Shown here piece after piece: positions 28,787-33,006 of a DNA stretch of 33,006 nt. Source of the stretch: Chloropicon primus (lineage: Eukaryota); the NCBI GenBank assembly GCA_023205875.1, contig CP060755.1:1736001-1769006 (forward strand), written 5' to 3'. The translations under genes and the position numbers were made by a program. Below the pieces are notes generated by a model. It saw only the letters and a program-made list of their open reading frames with translations, was not told the origin of the DNA and did not search any database. Position 1 is the stretch's first letter; each line of letters starts with the position of its first letter.

Positions 28787-30283
28787 TCACGTGCCGCCTC
28801 TGTACATTTGCTGGGCTGCGGGGTCAATGAGATTGGAAAGCACCACAAACGTTTCCTTCCCCAGAGCGTCCCGCCACCGATGCACGTCTTCGGCTTTCAT
28901 GCCACTGCAGTCCACTTGTATTTTCGGACCGCTGAGGAGGGAGAAGAGGGAGTACTTGCTCAGGCGGGCGGCGAGTTCCCTGTTCGCCGCCTCAACCAAG
29001 TCAGGGTCGAGCACCCCGAAGCTCCCGTAGGAGCCTCTGAGACCGAAAGCGACGCCCGTGGGCCAAGGCAGCTCCTCCTGCAAGCAGAATCTCTTGTCCT
29101 GCTCGATCATGGCCCTGAACTCCCGCGTCGGGTCACCCGCAGAGGAGCCAGAGCGATCCGCATCGTCGTCGTCGTCGTCCACGCAATCCAGGAGCTGACG
29201 CTCCAAGCCCGCGGAGTCCAGCGACGTCCCTATCAGCACCACAACGACAGCGGCGCGACTCTGTCCCCGCTCGGCAACGATCTCGTTCGCTTCGTACCTT
29301 TGGCCCACCAGGTGGAACTCGTACCTCCTTCCGGGAAGGCAGGAGAACTGAACGAAGCCCTTGCCCCTCAGGACGCTGCCGGGGAGGCCTTCCAAAAACC
29401 TGTGGAACTTTGACAGGGCCAGGGACGACCGGGCGTGCCTCGGGGTGAAAGTCAGGGAGGACATCGCGTGTCCGGAGCGCCCCCCAGAGACAAGGCCCAA
29501 AGCGGGTTGTTGGACTCTCCCTGAGATCGCCATCCCGCCCCACATGGCCATCGCCTCTTCTCTCTCTGGAGCCGGTGGGGTCCACCCCGCCCTCCCCCCA
29601 CCCTCCGCGGGGTCCAAGATCAGGCACAGGTCCACCTGGGCCCTGACGCACGCCACGGCGAGGGTCTTGCCTCCTCCTCTCACCTCTTCCACCCTCCTCC
29701 TCGCAACCTCCACCTGCTCCTCCATCGCTAGGTCGACCTTGTTCAGAAGTATCACGTCCGCTGCCCTCACCTGGTTCCGCATCGCGGCGCTGTCGCCCAA
29801 CCTGCTCAGCACGTCCTCGTCGCTGCAGTCGACCAGGGTGACAACCGCGTCGAGTCTGCACCTCCCTCGCAGCCTCGGGCTGCGGAAGGCCTGGCAGATG
29901 GGCCCCGGATCGGACACCCCTGACGTCTCGATGATCAGGTCCCTGACCCCGTCCCTCCCCACCACGGCCTCCACCCCACTGATGAAGTCGTCCTGCACCG
30001 TGCAGCACAGGCACCCATTCTGCAGCCTCACGGTGTCCACCCGAGCCCCCCGCCGCATTCCCTTGCCCCCCTTCCCCGCACAGCCCGCAGCCCCCTGGCG
30101 GGACACCGTCTCCGCGTCGACGTTGAACTCCGCAAAGTCGTTGACTATCGCGACGACCTCTCCCTCCTGCAGGGCCTCCAGCGGCTGGCTCCCCAGGATA
30201 TGGTTCACCAAAGTCGTCTTCCCGCTTCCGAGGAACCCGGTGACCAGTGTCACCCGCACCACCCCTTCGCTCGGCCCAGGCAT
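28787..30283 (-). CDS. COG0523/CobW-family G3E P-loop GTPase (Zn metallochaperone type) with extra C-terminal domain, ~498 aa
   Basis: TLVTGFLGSGKTT (Walker A), NGCLCC (CxCC), IIETSG (Walker B), LNKVD (G4), CobW_C with LRGKG and VLIG, then ~115 extra residues after an acidic linker. First ATG at 30283. Confidence 0.92.
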   Translation of the reverse strand: MPGPSEGVVRVTLVTGFLGSGKTTLVNHILGSQPLEALQEGEVVAIVNDFAEFNVDAETVSRQGAAGCAGKGGKGMRRGARVDTVRLQNGCLCCTVQDDFISGVEAVVGRDGVRDLIIETSGVSDPGPICQAFRSPRLRGRCRLDAVVTLVDCSDEDVLSRLGDSAAMRNQVRAADVILLNKVDLAMEEQVEVARRRVEEVRGGGKTLAVACVRAQVDLCLILDPAEGGGRAGWTPPAPEREEAMAMWGGMAISGRVQQPALGLVSGGRSGHAMSSLTFTPRHARSSLALSKFHRFLEGLPGSVLRGKGFVQFSCLPGRRYEFHLVGQRYEANEIVAERGQSRAAVVVVLIGTSLDSAGLERQLLDCVDDDDDDADRSGSSAGDPTREFRAMIEQDKRFCLQEELPWPTGVAFGLRGSYGSFGVLDPDLVEAANRELAARLSKYSLFSLLSGPKIQVDCSGMKAEDVHRWRDALGKETFVVLSNLIDPAAQQMYRGGT

Positions 30284-30370
30284 TCCGAACACGCCGCCGC
30301 GGGTCCTCCCCCTCCTCCCCCTCCCTTGATCCACCACCGCCAGGAGAACCCAGGACCTCTCCTCCGACCT

Positions 30371-30622
30371 CTCTCTTAACGCCAGGCCAGCCAGTGGCCT
30401 GCAGGGACGAGGAGGGCGGGGGGTATTGGTAGTGAAGGAGGGAGGGTGGGTGGGTGGGTGGGTGGAGGAGTGATTAGTATTAGTAAGGAAACAGAATGAC
30501 CTTTCCTCCCTCCACTTCTCCTTTCTCTAACGCCAGCCAGCAAGTGGCCTCCTGTTGGGCCGGGGGTTGGTAGTGGAGGAGGGAGGAGGGATGGAGTAGT
30601 AAATAGTAAGAGAACACAATGG
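30371..30622. repeat. Diverged direct duplication (two copies, ~130 and ~100 bp) filling the RING-CobW intergenic region
   Basis: Ordered shared blocks TAACGCCAG..CCAGC(C/A)AGTGGCCT..GGGGG..TTGGTAGTG(A/G)AGGAGGGAGG..TAGTAAG..A(A)CA(G/C)AATG at ~30371-30500 and ~30521-30622. Confidence 0.75.
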
Positions 30623-30637
30623 TTTAGATCAGGGATA

Positions 30638-31795
30638 TTAGAAGCGCAGGACGATGGGGACCGGGGGCCAGTCTGCTGCGCGACCCCCCGTCACGCGCTT
30701 GTACATAAAATATAGGAACATGCACACCAAGTTAACCCGGTGTGCGGTCACGAAAACGACCCTCACGATTCCCATGTTCCTGTACAGGAACCAGAGGACG
30801 CTCGCGAGGGCCGCACCCGCGGCGATCTTGTCGTTGAGCAGGCGGCCGATCACGCCGGACGCTCTCCAGCCCACGGCGGTGTAGGAGTTGTACAACCACA
30901 AGGCGACGCGGCTCAAGCGGGCCCTGAGCTTGTCTTCCACTGCTTTCATTCACGCGCGAGAACGAGGGGGTTGGTGGGTGGGCATGGAAAAGAGCAATGG
31001 AGTCAGCTTCCGGGTGTTCCAGGCCAGGTGCAGCAAGTCCAAAAGAACGCAAACGAGTCCTTACCTTTCGGAGCCTTCAGCCGGAGCCTTGTCGCCTTGG
31101 CACGGCAGAGGGGGCAGCGAACCCCGTCGCAGGGCAGACCCTGGTGCAGCCACATCTGCAGCACGCAGTGCGAGCAAAGGCCGTCGTGGCCGCAGGGGAT
31201 GAGGACCAGCGGGTGCTCGAGGGGCTGCAAACACACCGCACACTCTTCCGACGAGCTGGGGAGGGCGCGAGGGCCATCATCCAACAACACTGATGGAGGG
31301 GTTGGAGGAGGCCCCGCAACGTCTTCCAAGGAGTGCGACCGTATCCCTTCCTCTTTTCTTCCCGCCCGGCCGCGCCTCCGCCTCCTCCGCCCCAGCAAGG
31401 TGCCGAGCCCGAAAGGCATGACGAGGCTTGCGTTTTTGGATTGATTGATTGTGGCGCGAAGCCAACAAAAAGAAACTTTGGCTTCCTTCAACCTTCTCAA
31501 CACGTGCACCTTGGGAGGAAGTACCACCTCAGCAAGCCCACCTGGAGAACGGACGAGGAGTTCGAATAGTCAGAAGAAGAAAGCGTGGTGGGCCTCGACG
31601 TGCTTCTTCGCATGGGGGAAGACTGGGACTCACCATGATGGCCACCAGCACAAAGAAGTTCGTGTGCGGGTCCCTCGTCGAGAACACGTCGAGGCTCTGG
31701 GACGCGGATCCGCTCCCGCTCCCGCTCCCGTCCTGGTCTCTGTCGAAGTTCTGCCTCTCCCCTCCCTGCGCGGACGTCCCCGCTTTGTCGACCAT
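30638..31795 (-). CDS. Membrane RING-HC (C3HC4) E3 ligase with RNF170-like architecture; exons 31795-31634, 31541-31510, 31426-31065, 30939(or 30942)-30638 (~285 aa)
   Basis: CAVC...PCGH..LCSHC...W...CPLCR flanked by hydrophobic segments (FFVLVAIM|VGLLRWYFLP; AALASVLWFLY; LVCMFLYFMY). Three GT-AG introns give consistent phases (0, 2, 1). An in-frame upstream ATG at 31978 is possible. Confidence 0.75.
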
Positions 31796-32451
31796 GCTCT
31801 CCTCTTTTTGAGGCCCATGGGAGGAGGGGCCGGGCCCAGATCGGCTCCGGGCACCGGCGTCCAGGGGTGGGGGAGGAGAGGTGTTGAGGTTGATGCAGGG
31901 GGTTGGGAGGGGAAACGAGGCAAGGAGAGGTGTCTGTGGGTAGTTGTTCGTGGATTGGATCCTCTTGGTTTGGTTCATGCTGACTTGATTGTGTAATGTA
32001 GGTGTGTATGATATGATTCTGTCAGTTGCTGTTATTGTCCATTTTGGGCCTATTTTTTGGTACGAATAGTGGAGTGACGGATCCAGTTCGTGTCCGATGG
32101 CTATGAAACTTTGTCAAAAGGGGCTTGTATTTTATATTTGGATACTCCTTTAATATTGTGTATCTTCCTCTCGTCCTTGAGCCTGTAGAGATCCATCTGT
32201 CGGACCACTAAAACCCAAACCACAGCCCTCCATGGATGATGATGATGATGTGTGAATGGAGTCCTTGATGAAGAGACCTGTTCCGGGTGGAGTGCAATCT
32301 AGGGCACCTGACAATAACGATGTCCAATCGTAAACCTTACCCTGATCCACTCTTCTGCTGGAATCCGTCGTCTTATGCGACCTGGTTTAGGGCTGACTAA
32401 AACCAAAACCTCACTTAAAACCTATACTAGAAAGAAAAAATGAGGTGGCTG

Positions 32452-32745
32452 GGAGGCACCACGGAAAGCTTGGATAATGCAACGGTGTGTTTCTCCTAGG
32501 CTTCTTTTGTTCTCCGGCTCCTTTCCTTGGCCAGGTCGTCCTTCCTTTCTTCCTCGGGCAAACCCTACTCAAGGCACTTCGGACCCACGAGAGGGCCTTT
32601 TAGGCGTTAGGTTTTAGGACTCCCAAGGCTTTAGGAAACGCGGTGACTCGGAGGCACCACGGAAAGCTTGGATGATGCGACGGTGTCTTTCTGTTAGGCT
32701 TCTTTTGTTCTCCGGCTCCTTTCCTTGGCCAGGTCGTCCTTCCTT
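32452..32745. repeat. Subtelomeric 96-bp direct repeat (32452-32547 and 32650-32745)
   Basis: GGAGGCACCACGGAAAGCTTGGAT...GGCCAGGTCGTCCTTCCTT occurs twice at 198-bp offset with 5 mismatches by eye. Confidence 0.92.
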
Positions 32746-32868
32746 AGGTTTAGGCTTGTAGGTTTGTAGGTTGTTAGGTTGTTAGGTTGTTGGGTTGTTA
32801 GGTTGTTAGGTTGTTAGGTTGTTAGGTTGTTAGGTTGTTAGGTTGTTAGGTTTAGGTTTAGGTTTAGG
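32744..32868 (+). repeat. Telomere-variant repeat zone: degenerate units, (TTGTTAGG)x10 at 32771-32850, (TTTAGG)x3
   Basis: Read directly; the third octamer is TTGTTGGG. Confidence 0.93.
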
Positions 32869-33006
32869 TTTTAGGTTTTAGGTTTTAGGTTTTAGGTTTT
32901 AGGGTTTAGGTTTTAGGTTTTAGGTTTTAGGTTTTAGGTTTTAGGTTTTAGGTTTTAGGTTTTAGGGGTTTAGGTTTTAGGTTTTAGGTTTTAGGTTTTA
33001 GGTTTT
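32869..33006 (+). repeat. Telomere, (TTTTAGG)n, G-rich strand running to the window end
   Basis: Heptamer tandem array in the correct orientation for a right chromosome end, with two irregular units having extra G. Confidence 0.97.

Noticed and set aside
32150..32350. 66-aa minus-strand ORF in the subtelomere
   Set aside because: Short, non-ATG start, lacks the codon bias of neighbouring genes and has no motif.
32380..32445. CTAAAACC/TAAAACCTA as a telomerase RNA template
   Set aside because: Only 8-9 nt matches in a region full of degenerate telomere words; no recognisable snRNA-type promoter, terminator or conserved TR structure could be supported by eye.
32452..32745. Direct repeats as LTRs of a mobile element
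   Set aside because: No TG...CA ends, primer-binding site, target-site duplication or coding capacity; better explained as a truncated subtelomeric tandem unit.

Overview
Eukaryotic, gene-dense chromosome end from a compact green-algal (chlorophyte) genome. Short GT-AG introns with CTGAC branch points, TGTAA poly(A) signals, plastid-targeted genes and a (TTTTAGG)n telomere fit a picoplanktonic alga such as Chloropicon (taxon is inference). About 21 protein genes run to within ~1 kb of the telomere: Mpv17/PMP22 (partial, absent from the ORF track), PWP2, a FABP-like::NRS/ER-like fusion, DEK, a membrane coiled-coil protein, an ACHT-type thioredoxin, RBMX2/Snu17, an HxxxD acyltransferase-fold protein, a UCP/DIC-type mitochondrial carrier, DUF3531, a GST, HHL1, two head-to-head PH-domain genes, kintoun/DNAAF2, a conserved WLDEEWCP protein, GINS Psf1, a coiled-coil protein built from two near-identical repeat modules (two indels), another coiled-coil protein, a COG0523/CobW GTPase and a membrane RING-HC ligase. 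Exon structures were rebuilt by hand. Best novelty candidates: (1) the COG0523 GTPase has a C-terminal extension resembling the small domain of group II PLP decarboxylases; (2) the FABP-like barrel is fused to a degenerate rhamnose-pathway epimerase/reductase; (3) the layered subtelomere-telomere junction; (4) the modular repeat protein. All family calls are from motif recognition by eye; no database search was run.
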